This document shows, in pieces, positions 51,240 through 62,369 of a stretch of DNA of 64,000 nucleotides (the stretch's first letter is position 1; every line of letters starts with the position of its first letter). Origin of the DNA: Polyangiales bacterium (GTDB lineage: Bacteria; Myxococcota_A; Polyangia; Polyangiales; Polyangiaceae). The stretch covers positions 32,001-96,000 of the forward strand of contig JBBRLQ010000007.1 in NCBI GenBank assembly GCA_038231275.1, read 5' to 3'. Below the pieces are notes generated by a model. It worked only from the letters and a program-made list of their open reading frames with translations, had not been told where the DNA came from and searched no databases. The translations under genes were made by a program, and so were the position numbers.

Positions 51240-51353
51240 GCGGGAGAGATCTACGCGTGGGGGCGGGCGAAATGTCCAATGGTCCCGGCAGGGGCTTGCA
51301 AATAATGCGTGCCGGAGTTGCCGTCGGGGGCCTCACAGGGGTAAAAATCCCTT

Positions 51354-52358
51354 GTGACTTCGCCGACCGAGAAGCCTTCGCGTCGCGAGATGCTGACCCG
51401 CCTGGGGGCCGCAACGGGCGTCCTCGCGGGCGCCGGCGTCCTCGGTCGTGCCGTTTGGGACAAGGGCGGCTTCGGGGCGACCGAGCTCACCGCGGCGCGC
51501 CAGGTCCGGGACTATCGCGTGCCTCTCGCGGGCAAAGATCTCCCCGAGCTCGTCGTCGCCAAGGGCATGCCCAAGGACGGCCTCCCCGCGGCCACCGCGG
51601 AGCAGCTCGTGAAGCGCGCCGTCGACGCGCTCGGCGGGATGGGAAAATTCATCAGCCGCGGCGACATCGTCGTCGTCAAGCCCAACATCGGTTGGGATCG
51701 CATGCCGATCCACGCCGCGAACACGAACCCCGACGTCGTCGGCGCGGTCATCCAGCTCGCCTTCGACGCCGGCGCGAAGAAGGTCATCGTCGCGGACGGC
51801 TCTTGCAACGATCCGAACCGCTGCTTCCAGCGCTCGGGCATCTGGCGCAAGGCGTACGGTCTCGGCGCCGAGGTCATCCTCCCCGCGGAGCACCGTTACC
51901 GCACGACGCGCATGAAGGGCGAGGTCCTCGACGAGTGGCCGATTTTCACCACGCTCGTCGACGCCGACAAGGTCATCAACGTCCCCGTCGCGAAGCACCA
52001 CAACCTCGCGAAGTACACGGCGGCGATGAAGAACTGGTACGGCGTCCTCGGCGGCCGTCGTAACCGCTTGCACCAGAACATCGACGTGTCGATCGCGGAT
52101 CTCGCGACGTTCATGCGCCCGTCGCTCGTCGTCATCGACGCGATGCGCGTGCTCGTACGAAACGGCCCGCAAGGCGGCAACATCGACGACACGAAGGTGA
52201 TGGGCACCATCATCGCCACCACCGATCAGGTCGCCGCCGACGCCTACGGCTGCACGCTCATCGGACAGCACCGCGACAACCTCCCGTACCTCAAGATGGG
52301 CCACGAACGCGGGCTCGGGACGATGTACTGGGAGAACCTCCGCCTGAAGGAGGTGTGA
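51354..52358 (+). CDS. DUF362 domain protein with Tat signal
   Basis: SRREML; VVVKPNIGW, NTNPDVV, INVPVAKHH, AMKNWYG, DQVAAD. Confidence 0.88.
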   Translation: MTSPTEKPSRREMLTRLGAATGVLAGAGVLGRAVWDKGGFGATELTAARQVRDYRVPLAGKDLPELVVAKGMPKDGLPAATAEQLVKRAVDALGGMGKFISRGDIVVVKPNIGWDRMPIHAANTNPDVVGAVIQLAFDAGAKKVIVADGSCNDPNRCFQRSGIWRKAYGLGAEVILPAEHRYRTTRMKGEVLDEWPIFTTLVDADKVINVPVAKHHNLAKYTAAMKNWYGVLGGRRNRLHQNIDVSIADLATFMRPSLVVIDAMRVLVRNGPQGGNIDDTKVMGTIIATTDQVAADAYGCTLIGQHRDNLPYLKMGHERGLGTMYWENLRLKEV

Positions 52359-52360
52359 GG

Positions 52361-54358
52361 ATGGCCGCACAGCCCAAGGCCCACGCGAGCGCGTTGCTCG
52401 ATCGCGAGAAGATCGAGAGCGCCCCGGAAGAGCACGCGCACGTCGCGCCGATCCCGTGGAAGGGCGTCATCGGGGTGGTGCCCGCGCTCGATGCGGCGAA
52501 CGCGACCACGACCCCGACCACGACCACGACCGCGACCGCGACCGATCGTGCGACCGCGACCTCGGCGACGACTGCGACCGCGTCCACGACGGTGGCGACG
52601 CCGTCTCTCTGGGAGCGCTTCCGTAAGCGCTTCCCGAAGAAGAAGCGGGCCGGCTCCGGCATCCCCGCCCGCACCAGCATTCGCACGCTCGTCTGGGTGC
52701 GGCGCGCGTCGCAGGTGATCTTCTTCGCGGTCTTCATGTACTTCCTCTTCCAGACCGGCTTCCGCGGCTCGTTCGCCGCGAAGGCGGACACGGCCGTGCG
52801 GCTGCCGCTGCCGGTGGAGGCGTTTCTCCTCGCCGATCCGTTCGTCGCCGCGATGACGGTACTCTCGACGCACACGGTCTACCGCGGCCTCCTCTGGAGC
52901 GTTGGTCTCCTCGCCCTCACGCTCGTGTTCGGGCGCGTGTTCTGCGGGTGGATTTGCCCGTTTGGCACCTTGCACCACTTCTTCGGGTGGATCCTCCCGT
53001 CGCCGAAGGGGCGCGGTGGCCATCGTGTCGAGGCGAACAAGACGCACACCTATCAGCGCGTGAAGTACTACCTGATGTACGCGTTCATCCTCGCCGGCGT
53101 GGCGGGGAGCGCGATCGGCGGGCTCTTCGATCCGATCTGCATCGCCGTGCGGTCGATCGGCCTCGGCGTCATCCCGGCGGCGCAGTACCTCACCGGCCGC
53201 GGCCTCGGCGCCGTGCAGGACGTCCATTCGCGTCCGCTCCAGACCGCCGCCGATCACACGCAGGACTACCTCGCGCAGACGGTCTGGCAGAGTCACCAGT
53301 TCTACTTCCACCAAACGTGGTTCATCGTCTTCCTGCTCGTCGCGGTCCTGTTCGCGAACCGCTTCATCCCGCGCTTCTGGTGCCGCGTGCTCTGCCCGCT
53401 CGGCGCGTTCCTGGGGATTTTCTCGCGGTTCGCGATCTTCGGCATGGAGAAAGACCATGCAAAGTGCACCGATTGCAATCTGTGCCTCGTCAACTGCCAG
53501 GGGGCCGACTCGCCGCAAGGTGGCGTGAAGTGGCGCCAGGACGAGTGCCACATGTGCATGAACTGCGAGACCGCGTGCCCGGAGGACGTGATCAAGTTCC
53601 GTTTCCTCCCGAACCGCAAGAGCGCGGTCACGGTCCCCGACACGCAGCGCCGCACGCTCCTCGCCACCGCCGCCGCCGGCGCCGCGTTCATCCCCGCCGC
53701 GCGCATCGCCGACTCGCTCGACGTCAACTACCACCCGAAGGTCATTCGCCCGCCGGGCGCCGTCGAAGAGCGCGCGTTCCTCGAGCGCTGCATCCGCTGC
53801 GCCGAGTGCATGAAGGTGTGCCCGAACAACGCGCTCCACCCCGCCTTCCTCGAGGCCGGCATCGAGGGCATCTGGACGCCCATCCTCATCGCGCGCATCG
53901 GCTACTGCGAGAACTCGTGCGTCCTCTGCGGCCAGGTCTGCCCGACCGGCGCGATCCAGAAGATCACCGAGAAGGAGAAGCTCGGTCAGGGCGTCCCGCC
54001 GGTGAAGATCGGCACCGCCTTCTACGATCACGGCCGCTGCCTCCCGTGGAGCATGCAGACGCCGTGCATCGTCTGTGAAGAGTTCTGCCCGACGTCGCCG
54101 AAAGCGATCTGGGTCGAAGAAGTCGACGCCGAGGTCCGCGACGACAAGCCCGGCCCCAACGGCGAGCAGCCGGCGATGAAGAAGGTGCACCTCCAGCGCC
54201 CGCACGTCGACCCGAACCTCTGCATCGGCTGCGGCGCGTGCGAGAAGGTGTGCCCGGTGCAAGACCAGCCGGCGGTCTACATCACGAGCGTGGGTGAGAC
54301 GCGCAGCAAGACGAACGTCATTTTGCTGGAGAACACGAGCTACAACCAGAAGAGCTGA
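52361..54358 (+). CDS. Membrane polyferredoxin (NapH/MauN-like fused to NapG/MauM-like)
   Basis: FCGWICPFG, WCRVLCPLG, several CxxCxxCxxxCP motifs, IRPPGAV, internal QRRTLL. Confidence 0.9.
   Translation: MAAQPKAHASALLDREKIESAPEEHAHVAPIPWKGVIGVVPALDAANATTTPTTTTTATATDRATATSATTATASTTVATPSLWERFRKRFPKKKRAGSGIPARTSIRTLVWVRRASQVIFFAVFMYFLFQTGFRGSFAAKADTAVRLPLPVEAFLLADPFVAAMTVLSTHTVYRGLLWSVGLLALTLVFGRVFCGWICPFGTLHHFFGWILPSPKGRGGHRVEANKTHTYQRVKYYLMYAFILAGVAGSAIGGLFDPICIAVRSIGLGVIPAAQYLTGRGLGAVQDVHSRPLQTAADHTQDYLAQTVWQSHQFYFHQTWFIVFLLVAVLFANRFIPRFWCRVLCPLGAFLGIFSRFAIFGMEKDHAKCTDCNLCLVNCQGADSPQGGVKWRQDECHMCMNCETACPEDVIKFRFLPNRKSAVTVPDTQRRTLLATAAAGAAFIPAARIADSLDVNYHPKVIRPPGAVEERAFLERCIRCAECMKVCPNNALHPAFLEAGIEGIWTPILIARIGYCENSCVLCGQVCPTGAIQKITEKEKLGQGVPPVKIGTAFYDHGRCLPWSMQTPCIVCEEFCPTSPKAIWVEEVDAEVRDDKPGPNGEQPAMKKVHLQRPHVDPNLCIGCGACEKVCPVQDQPAVYITSVGETRSKTNVILLENTSYNQKS
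52502..52565 (+). repeat. Degenerate hexamer repeat (ACC-RCG) encoding a Thr/Ala-rich tract
   Basis: gcgaccacgaccccgaccacgaccacgaccgcgaccgcgacc... Confidence 0.65.
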
Positions 54359-54555
54359 CGGTCGCGCTCCGATCCGGTGATCAAATGCTGGTGACGCTGC
54401 TCGGCCAGCGCCTCGAGAAGAAGGCTTCTTCCAAGTCATCGTCGTTGACTCGGGCGCCATCGACGACGCGAAGACGTTTTGCCCACCACTTCTTCCTGTC
54501 GGAGGGGGCTGCGTCGGGACCTTGCCCAACCCGCCGGCGTGGCTAACTTTCCTCT

Positions 54556-54801
54556 GTGACCACCGATCTCCTGCTGTTCGTCGTGCTGCTCGCCATCTCG
54601 GCGATGTCCACGCTCGCGGGGTTGCTCGTGGCCCGCGCGCGGTTGCGCAGAGCTCTGCTCCTCGCGGAGGCACCGTTCGACGGTTCCGCGATCGCGCTCC
54701 CCGCCAGCGCGGAGCCAGTGCGCGGTGGCGGGCTCCGCCGTCGACGCGCGCATCTCCGTCACGAGTACGACCTGATGATCGGGCGCACGTTCTTTCACTG
54801 A
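54556..54801 (+). CDS. Small membrane protein
   Basis: N-terminal TM; TAACTT 6 nt before GTG. Confidence 0.5.
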   Translation: MTTDLLLFVVLLAISAMSTLAGLLVARARLRRALLLAEAPFDGSAIALPASAEPVRGGGLRRRRAHLRHEYDLMIGRTFFH

Positions 54802-55181
54802 CGCGATCGTCGAGGCCCCCCCGCGTCCATCGGGTCCAAAAAAATCGCCGCGCGTCCGCCGCCGCGGCGATGTTCTCGTGCGGTGCCTCCTAGGTCGTCT
54901 CCGACTGGACGCTCGTTTATGTGCGGCGTGACTGGTCGTCCGGCGTCGTCACGGACGATCCGCGGCTCGTCGGAACTCTGCGCACCGTCGAACGCGTCGT
55001 CGCGATCACGCGCGGGGTCGGACAGAAGAGTGCAGCCTCGAATCCTCGGCGTCCAAGGACAGGCCCTTCAACGTCCCGGGACACCCTTCCTGATTCGCAA
55101 GCCGCTGTATTCGCGCCTCACGCCGATGGCGCGCAGTTTGCGGATGGCATCGCATGCGGCTGAACGAAGAGCCCGACGAAG

Positions 55182-55363
55182 AGCATCACGCGCTTCATCG
55201 AGGCCAAATTCAAGCTCCCGCGCTCACTGCGCGTGACGCGAACGCGGATCCGATGCTGGACCTCTTCGATTTCACCCAGGCGCCCGCGCCGCCGCCGACG
55301 ATCGCCGCGCCGGTGGTGGAGCCGAACGAGCTCGGGTACTGCAAGGCGCAGCTCTCGAAGTGA
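55182..55363 (+). pseudogene. 3' remnant of a phospholipase C/phosphoesterase gene, frameshifted
   Basis: SITRFIEAKFKLP in one frame, ALTARDANADPMLDLFDF in the next; no 5' part. Confidence 0.7.
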
Positions 55364-55406
55364 ACGGGCGTGCGCGCCCCGAGACCGCTCTCGCGGCCGA
55401 GGCGAG

Positions 55407-56483
55407 CTAGAAATCTGCGGTGAGGAAGCGCGCCGCGTCGGTGGTGCTCGGCGTGCCGCGAAAGTACTGGCCGGAGAGGAGGCCTGCGCTCGGCGAGACG
55501 CTCCGTCGATCGAGCACCATCCCGAGCGCGGCGCCGCGTCGCTCGACCGGCGCGGACCCGTTCGCCAGCGCGTCTTTCGTGCGGGTTCGGATCGACTTGT
55601 ACATGAGCGTCGGATCCCAGCCGTTCAAGCGCACGTGCGGCTCGGCCGGCGTTGCCCACGGACGCCCGAGCGTCAAGAGGCGCGTCACGGGGACTTTGTT
55701 TCCAGGGTTGCTCGCGCCGCCGATGAGCGTCATCGGGATCAGCACGTCGAACTTCCACTCCGCGTTCATGTACGGCTCGACGAGGTTGGCGAGCTTCATG
55801 AACGACAGCGTGAACGCCGAGCAGCCGGCGCCCTCTTGGAACGACGGACGGACGAAGCCGTAGTTCTTCTCGACGTCGCGCGCGTCGTAGTCCTTCACGT
55901 AGTCGAGCAGGCCGCGGCACACGTCGCTCGAGATGCCGATGCGCAGGAACGCGACGCGACCGTCGTCGGCGTAGCGGCTGTCGAGCGTGCTCTGGAGGAC
56001 CTCCTCCTTCTCGAGCTCGCCGGCGACGGTGCGAAGGAGGACGCCGAGGCCCGCCTGCTCCTTGATCACCATGTCGCGGAACTCGTTGCCGGTGTCGGTC
56101 ATCGAGCCCTGGAAGTGGGCGGCGGGCTTGTCGGCGGTCGCGCCGCAGTCCACGCGAACGGCGGCGTGTCCGATCCCGCGCGAAAGGCCGAGGCCTTCGT
56201 TGAAGAGCGTGCCGCGCGCGAGGCTGCCTGGCGTCGCCCAGCTGAGCCCCGTGAGCTTCGGCGCCGGTATGGCGAACATCGTCAGCTCGTGATCGAACGC
56301 GCGCGTCTCCTGCGATGCGCGCGCGAGCTCGTCTTGTGTGGAGTCGAGCGGCGCGAGGCTCTCGCCATCGGTGGCGGTCTGCGCCTCGGGCGCGGTGTTG
56401 TCGTCGGTCGGCCCTGCGCCGCCGCCACAGGCGAGCAAGGAGGACGGGACGAGGACGAGGAGGATCGCGGTGGTTCTACGCAT
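55407..56483 (-). CDS. Hypothetical lipoprotein
   Basis: LLAC lipobox; IGHAAV and EGAGCSAF motifs. Confidence 0.8.
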   Translation of the reverse strand: MRRTTAILLVLVPSSLLACGGGAGPTDDNTAPEAQTATDGESLAPLDSTQDELARASQETRAFDHELTMFAIPAPKLTGLSWATPGSLARGTLFNEGLGLSRGIGHAAVRVDCGATADKPAAHFQGSMTDTGNEFRDMVIKEQAGLGVLLRTVAGELEKEEVLQSTLDSRYADDGRVAFLRIGISSDVCRGLLDYVKDYDARDVEKNYGFVRPSFQEGAGCSAFTLSFMKLANLVEPYMNAEWKFDVLIPMTLIGGASNPGNKVPVTRLLTLGRPWATPAEPHVRLNGWDPTLMYKSIRTRTKDALANGSAPVERRGAALGMVLDRRSVSPSAGLLSGQYFRGTPSTTDAARFLTADF

Positions 56484-56495
56484 GGCGCATCATGG

Positions 56496-56512
56496 TGCAC
56501 ATTGTCTGCCAA
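56496..56512 (-). promoter_or_regulatory. Putative sigma54 -24/-12 promoter
   Basis: Minus strand TTGGCAGACAATGTGCA, with AT-rich DNA upstream. Confidence 0.5.
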
Positions 56513-56654
56513 CGTGTGGAAAGATACGACAGTAGCATAACGCTGTATATGTTCGGGATCTCAGGTGAAAATCTATCGGGTAGGGGCGGTGGCCATGGAT
56601 CGGATGGACCTCCTGCGATCCGGGAACGTGCGCCGTGCTATCTCGCGGCGGACG

Positions 56655-58040
56655 ATGTCCGGCATCTCCCACGACCGCGCCGACGCGCGCCCTCTCGCGG
56701 TGCTCGTCTCGATTCAGCTCCCGGAGACCGACGACGTCCAGCACGCGGCCGATCTCGCCGAGCTCGGTCGCCTCGTGAGCACGCTCGGTTACGACGTCGT
56801 CGGCACCGTCTCGCAAAGACGCGAAGCGCTCGCCGCCGCGGCGGTGCTCGGCGAGGGCAAGCTCAAGGACCTCGCGGTGTTCACCGGCGGCAAGGGGATC
56901 GTCCCGTCGGCGGCGAAGGAAGTGAAGACGAAGGCGCGGGCGCGATGGAAGGCCGAGGCCGGCACCGGCGCCGACTCCGACTCCGACTCCGACTCCGACT
57001 CCGATCCCGAAGCGAAGCCGGGGCTCGCGACGGTGGTCGTCGTCGATCACGAGATCTCACCGAGCCAGGCACGCAACCTCGAGAAGGCGACCGGCGCGCA
57101 GGTGCTCGATCGCACGGGCGTCATCGTCGACATCTTCCATCGCCACGCCAAGAGCCGCGAGGCGCGCCTGCAGGTCGAGATCGCGCGCCTCACGTATGTC
57201 GCGCCGAGGTTGCGCGAGTCGCCGGGTGGCAAGGAGCGGCAGCGCGGCAAGGGCTCCGGCGAGGCGGCGATCGAGCTCGATCGCCGGAAGATCCGCGACC
57301 GCATCGCGGAGCTCCGCGAAGAGCTCGCCGCGATTCAGAAGCAGCAAGACAACCGGCGCTACGCGCGACGGGATCAGCTCCGCGTCGCGCTGGTGGGTTA
57401 CACGAACGCCGGAAAATCCAGCCTCATGCGCGGCCTCACCGGGAGTGAGGTCCTCGTCGCCGACAAGCTGTTCGCGACGCTCGACACCACCGTGCGCGCG
57501 CTTCATCCGGAGACGAAGCCGCGCCTCCTCGTCAGCGACACCGTCGGCTTCATCCAGAAGCTCCCGCACGATCTCGTCGCGTCTTTTCGCTCGACGCTCG
57601 ACGAGGCGCTCGAGGCGTCGCTCCTCTTGTACGTCGTCGACGCGTCCGATCCGACGCACGCGCAGGAGCTCCAGGTCACGCGTGACGTCTTGAAGGAGAT
57701 CGGCGCCGACGTGGTGCCGAGCCTGCTCCTCCTCAACAAGATCGATCGCGTGAGCGCCGACGAGCGCGCCGTGCTCGCCGTCCAACATCCGGACGCCGTC
57801 CAGCTCTCGGCGCACGATCCGACCGACGTTGCGCGCCTACGCCAAATCGTGATCGATCACTTCGATGCCGCGATGACCGACGACGAGCTCACCGTTCCCT
57901 ACGCGAAGCAGGCGCTCCTCGGCACCGTGTACGAGAGCGCGCGCGTCCTCGGCGAGCGCTACGACGAGGCGGGAACGCACCTCCGGGTGCGCGCGCTCCC
58001 TGCCGCGATCGCGCGGCTGCGACGGGCGTTCGCGTCCTGA
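56655..58040 (+). CDS. hflX: GTPase HflX
   Basis: LGEGK, SQARNLE, DRTGVIVDIF, GYTNAGKSS, LFATLDTT, DTVGFI, NKID. Confidence 0.95.
   Translation: MSGISHDRADARPLAVLVSIQLPETDDVQHAADLAELGRLVSTLGYDVVGTVSQRREALAAAAVLGEGKLKDLAVFTGGKGIVPSAAKEVKTKARARWKAEAGTGADSDSDSDSDSDPEAKPGLATVVVVDHEISPSQARNLEKATGAQVLDRTGVIVDIFHRHAKSREARLQVEIARLTYVAPRLRESPGGKERQRGKGSGEAAIELDRRKIRDRIAELREELAAIQKQQDNRRYARRDQLRVALVGYTNAGKSSLMRGLTGSEVLVADKLFATLDTTVRALHPETKPRLLVSDTVGFIQKLPHDLVASFRSTLDEALEASLLLYVVDASDPTHAQELQVTRDVLKEIGADVVPSLLLLNKIDRVSADERAVLAVQHPDAVQLSAHDPTDVARLRQIVIDHFDAAMTDDELTVPYAKQALLGTVYESARVLGERYDEAGTHLRVRALPAAIARLRRAFAS
56973..57002 (+). repeat. (GACTCC)5 in-frame tandem repeat in hflX
   Basis: Five perfect copies encoding DSDSDSDSDS. 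Confidence 0.9.
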
Positions 58041-58114
58041 CGTCCATCGCAGGCTCGGTGCGCCGTGCGCGTCGCAGGTGTCCAGGGCCGGGAGAATCTG
58101 CGATGCTGCGCGCC

Positions 58115-58552
58115 ATGGGCGAGGGGAAAGTGGACGTGGTCGCTTCGATTCGCGCGCCGATCGCGCGGGTATTCGAGCAGCTCTCCGATCACGAGGGGAT
58201 GTCGAGGTGGCCGGGCATCGGCGACTCGCGGCTCGTCAAGGAGGGGACGGAGGCGAAGAACGGCCTCGGCGCGGTTCGCCGTGTCAAGGTGGGCGGCCTT
58301 ACGCTGGACGAGGAGGTGGTCCTCTTCGAGCCGCCGCGCGCGTTCGACTACGCGATCATCCGCGGGCTGCCGATCGATCATCACCTCGGATCGGTGCGGC
58401 TCACCGAGGCGGATGGCGCCGTGGAGGTGCGGTGGTCGATCCGCATCCGCAGCAAGTGGCCGCTCCTCGCGCAGCTCACGGCGCTCGCGCTGCGTCGAGG
58501 CCTTCCGAAGGCGCTCGGTTACTTGAGGGGCGAGCTCGAGGCGGCGCCGTAA
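58115..58552 (+). CDS. SRPBCC (START/polyketide cyclase) family protein
   Basis: IRAPIARVFEQLSDHE..SRW, GLGAVRRV, EEVVLFEPPRAFDY. Confidence 0.85.
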   Translation: MGEGKVDVVASIRAPIARVFEQLSDHEGMSRWPGIGDSRLVKEGTEAKNGLGAVRRVKVGGLTLDEEVVLFEPPRAFDYAIIRGLPIDHHLGSVRLTEADGAVEVRWSIRIRSKWPLLAQLTALALRRGLPKALGYLRGELEAAP

Positions 58553-60063
58553 GGGTTCGGCGCGGCGAGATCGCGGGGTGCCGGCGCGCGAATTGGACGC
58601 GGTCGTGCACGCTCGACGCGCACGGCGGGGCGCGGCGGCGGAGGTGCCGGGAGGAGATCGGGGAGCGAGACCTCGGGCAGGACGCCGCCCATCTCCGCCG
58701 CCTGCGCGCTTCGGAGCGGGGCGAGCGCACGCCGCGAGTGGCCGATCGAGCCATCGGGTCCACCCGCAAAGAGGATCGTGAGCGTCGCCATCGCGATGAC
58801 GAGCGTGAACGCGCCGGCCACGACGCGCGGCACGCGGAAGAGATCGACGAACGCCGCGAGCGCCGCGTCCGGTGCCCTGCGCGTCCGCGCCGTCGTGCGC
58901 CACCGCTCGGAGGTCGTCGACGGCGTCGGGGTCAGCATCGACAGCGGCGTGTGGGCGAGGCCCGACGGCATCGAGTCGACGTCGTTCGCCGGGCCGCGCG
59001 GGATGCTCGCCGTGACGCGCACGCCCGACGCCTCCTCCAGCGGCTCGTCCGCGATGGGAAGATTTCCCCGTAGGACGCGGTGGCGGAGATCGAGCACGTG
59101 TCCGACGCAGCGCCAGACGTGCTCGCCGACCTGGGTGTGCGTCGCCGGGGCGAGGCCGCCTTCCCGGGCCGCGGCCTCGAGCGCATCCGCGAAGGCGCGC
59201 GCGGACGGCCAGCGATCCTCGGCGTCCTTCTCGAGCGCCTTCAGGATTACTCCGTCGATCGACGGCGGTAGCCCGGGGCGGAGCGTGCTCGGCGACTCCG
59301 GCGTCATGCCGATCACGCGCTGGAGAGTCGCGACCTCGCTCTGCGCGCGGAAGAGGCGCCGCTCGGTAAAGGCTTCCCACGCGACGACGCCGAGCGCGAA
59401 GACGTCGCTGCGCGCGTCGACCCTGCCGCGCCGCACGCACTCCGGCGCCATGTACGCGATCTTGCCCTTCAGATCGCGCCCATCGGTCGCGCCGGCGGTG
59501 GCGCGGAGGATCTTGGCGACGCCGAAGTCGGAGATGCGCGCGACGCCGTCGGTGCCGACGAGCACGTTCTCGGGGGACACGTCGCGGTGCACGACCCCGA
59601 GCGGTCGCCCCCGCTCGTCGACGAGCCTGTGCGCGGCCTCGAGGCCCGCGGCGGCGTCGAGGAGCACGCGCAGCGCGATCTCGGGATCGAGCGGATGTTT
59701 GCGCGTCGCCGACAGGAGAGACGAGAGCGCGCCGCCTTGCACGTAGTCCATCACGAGGATCAGCTCGTCATCGAGCTCCTCGATGTCGTGCACTGCGACG
59801 ACGTTCGGGTGATGCACGCGCGACGCGACGCGCGCCTCCGCGCGAAACATCTTCGCGAAGTTCTCGTCGCGCACCAGGTGCTCGTGCGCGCGCTTCAGGG
59901 CGACGAGGCGCTGGAACCCTGCGGGACCGCGGAGGCGTCCGAGGTACACCGTCCCCATGCCCCCCGACGCGATGCGTGCGAGCAGCTCGTAGCGCGAGCC
60001 GGGGGCGAGCCTGTCCCGTGAGGACAGATCTTTCTCCGGGTGGGCCAGGGGTAGGGCGCTCAC
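58519..60063 (-). CDS. Membrane-anchored Ser/Thr protein kinase
   Basis: GGMGTV, VALKR, HRDVSPEN, DFG, KGKIAYMAPE; TM; NPY near C-terminus; GTGA overlap. Confidence 0.92.
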   Translation of the reverse strand: MSALPLAHPEKDLSSRDRLAPGSRYELLARIASGGMGTVYLGRLRGPAGFQRLVALKRAHEHLVRDENFAKMFRAEARVASRVHHPNVVAVHDIEELDDELILVMDYVQGGALSSLLSATRKHPLDPEIALRVLLDAAAGLEAAHRLVDERGRPLGVVHRDVSPENVLVGTDGVARISDFGVAKILRATAGATDGRDLKGKIAYMAPECVRRGRVDARSDVFALGVVAWEAFTERRLFRAQSEVATLQRVIGMTPESPSTLRPGLPPSIDGVILKALEKDAEDRWPSARAFADALEAAAREGGLAPATHTQVGEHVWRCVGHVLDLRHRVLRGNLPIADEPLEEASGVRVTASIPRGPANDVDSMPSGLAHTPLSMLTPTPSTTSERWRTTARTRRAPDAALAAFVDLFRVPRVVAGAFTLVIAMATLTILFAGGPDGSIGHSRRALAPLRSAQAAEMGGVLPEVSLPDLLPAPPPPRPAVRVERARPRPIRAPAPRDLAAPNPYGAASSSPLK

Positions 60064-60991
60064 TGCCGCAAGGTCAGTGCAAGCCCGGGACCATACGGAT
60101 GCAGGTGCACGGCGGCGCTGCTCTTTTTGCCGTCGCCCCACCTCACCGCGAAGATCCCGAGGGCCGTCGTCGCGAGCGCGAGGGCCCCGGTGACGCCAAA
60201 AAGCACGTTGGTTCGGAGCTGTGCGGACTGTCCATCGTGTTGTGCGGTGGATGTAGGATGTCCTGCAAAAACCTCATGTTGGTGGAGGGTGTCGACCCCC
60301 GACGCGACGCTGGATCCGAGCCCGATGGTGGTGAGGCCGATCCCCACCCAGAACCATGCGGGGGAGATGCCTCCGCCGTCAGCGGAATTTTCCGGGGTCG
60401 GACTCAGCGTCGGATCCGGCGTCGGATTCAGCGTCGGATTCGGCATCGAGGTCGGAGTCGGTGACGCGTTCGGCGGCGCGGTGACGTCGAGGGACTGGCC
60501 CGCCGCGACGGTGACGGAGCCCCGGCCCGAGGGCTCCCACTCGATCGCGTGCGGTCCCGGAGTGACCCACGTGATCGTCTTCGCGGGCTCGCCGTCGATG
60601 CGCGCGCGGCACGGTGGGTCGGGGCACACGAGCGCGATGCGGCCGACCTTGCGCGCGAAGCGATCGCGCGCCTCGCGAATGAGTGGGCCGAGATCGGCGC
60701 CCTCTTGCGTCGCGCGCTCGACGAGGCGCATGCCGATCACGGGATCGTCGATCTTGAGCGCCGCTTGAATCGCGAACTTCAGCGCCACCGGGCTCGGCGC
60801 CAGCTCGTCGGCGACCGTGAACTCGCGCGCGGCGAGCGCGTACTTGCCGGCGTCGTACGCGTGCGCGCCGCGATCGTAGGCCGCGCGCGCGAGGGCCACC
60901 GCGTCGGGATCGGCGGCGCCCGCACATGGAGCCGCGAGCGCGAGCGTCAGCGCCGTCGTCGCGGACAGGAGGAGCCGCCGCGCGCGGGGCG

Positions 60992-60995
<4 letters not shown>
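60060..60995 (-). CDS. Exported TPR/PEGA-like protein with C-terminal membrane region
   Basis: Signal peptide; ARAAYDRG...AAREF; RIDGEP..VTPGPH; Pro/Thr linker; GTGA overlap. Confidence 0.8.
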
Positions 60996-62314
<1,319 letters not shown>

Positions 62315-62369
62315 CCTCGGGGATCTTACCTCAGAGAGCGAAGGTTCCGCTCTCTTCCGAGGCCATGCC

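Noticed and set aside
56543-56557. CTGTATATGTTCGGG upstream of hflX, resembling a myxobacterial LexA box
   Set aside because: Spacing is 2 nt shorter than the consensus I recall; unsupported
60395-60465. 12-bp GCGTCGGATTC-type repeats (also GCCGTT x3 near 62955 and Gly/Ser codon repeats)
   Set aside because: Low-complexity linker or simple repeats, not CRISPR: no unique spacers, no cas genes
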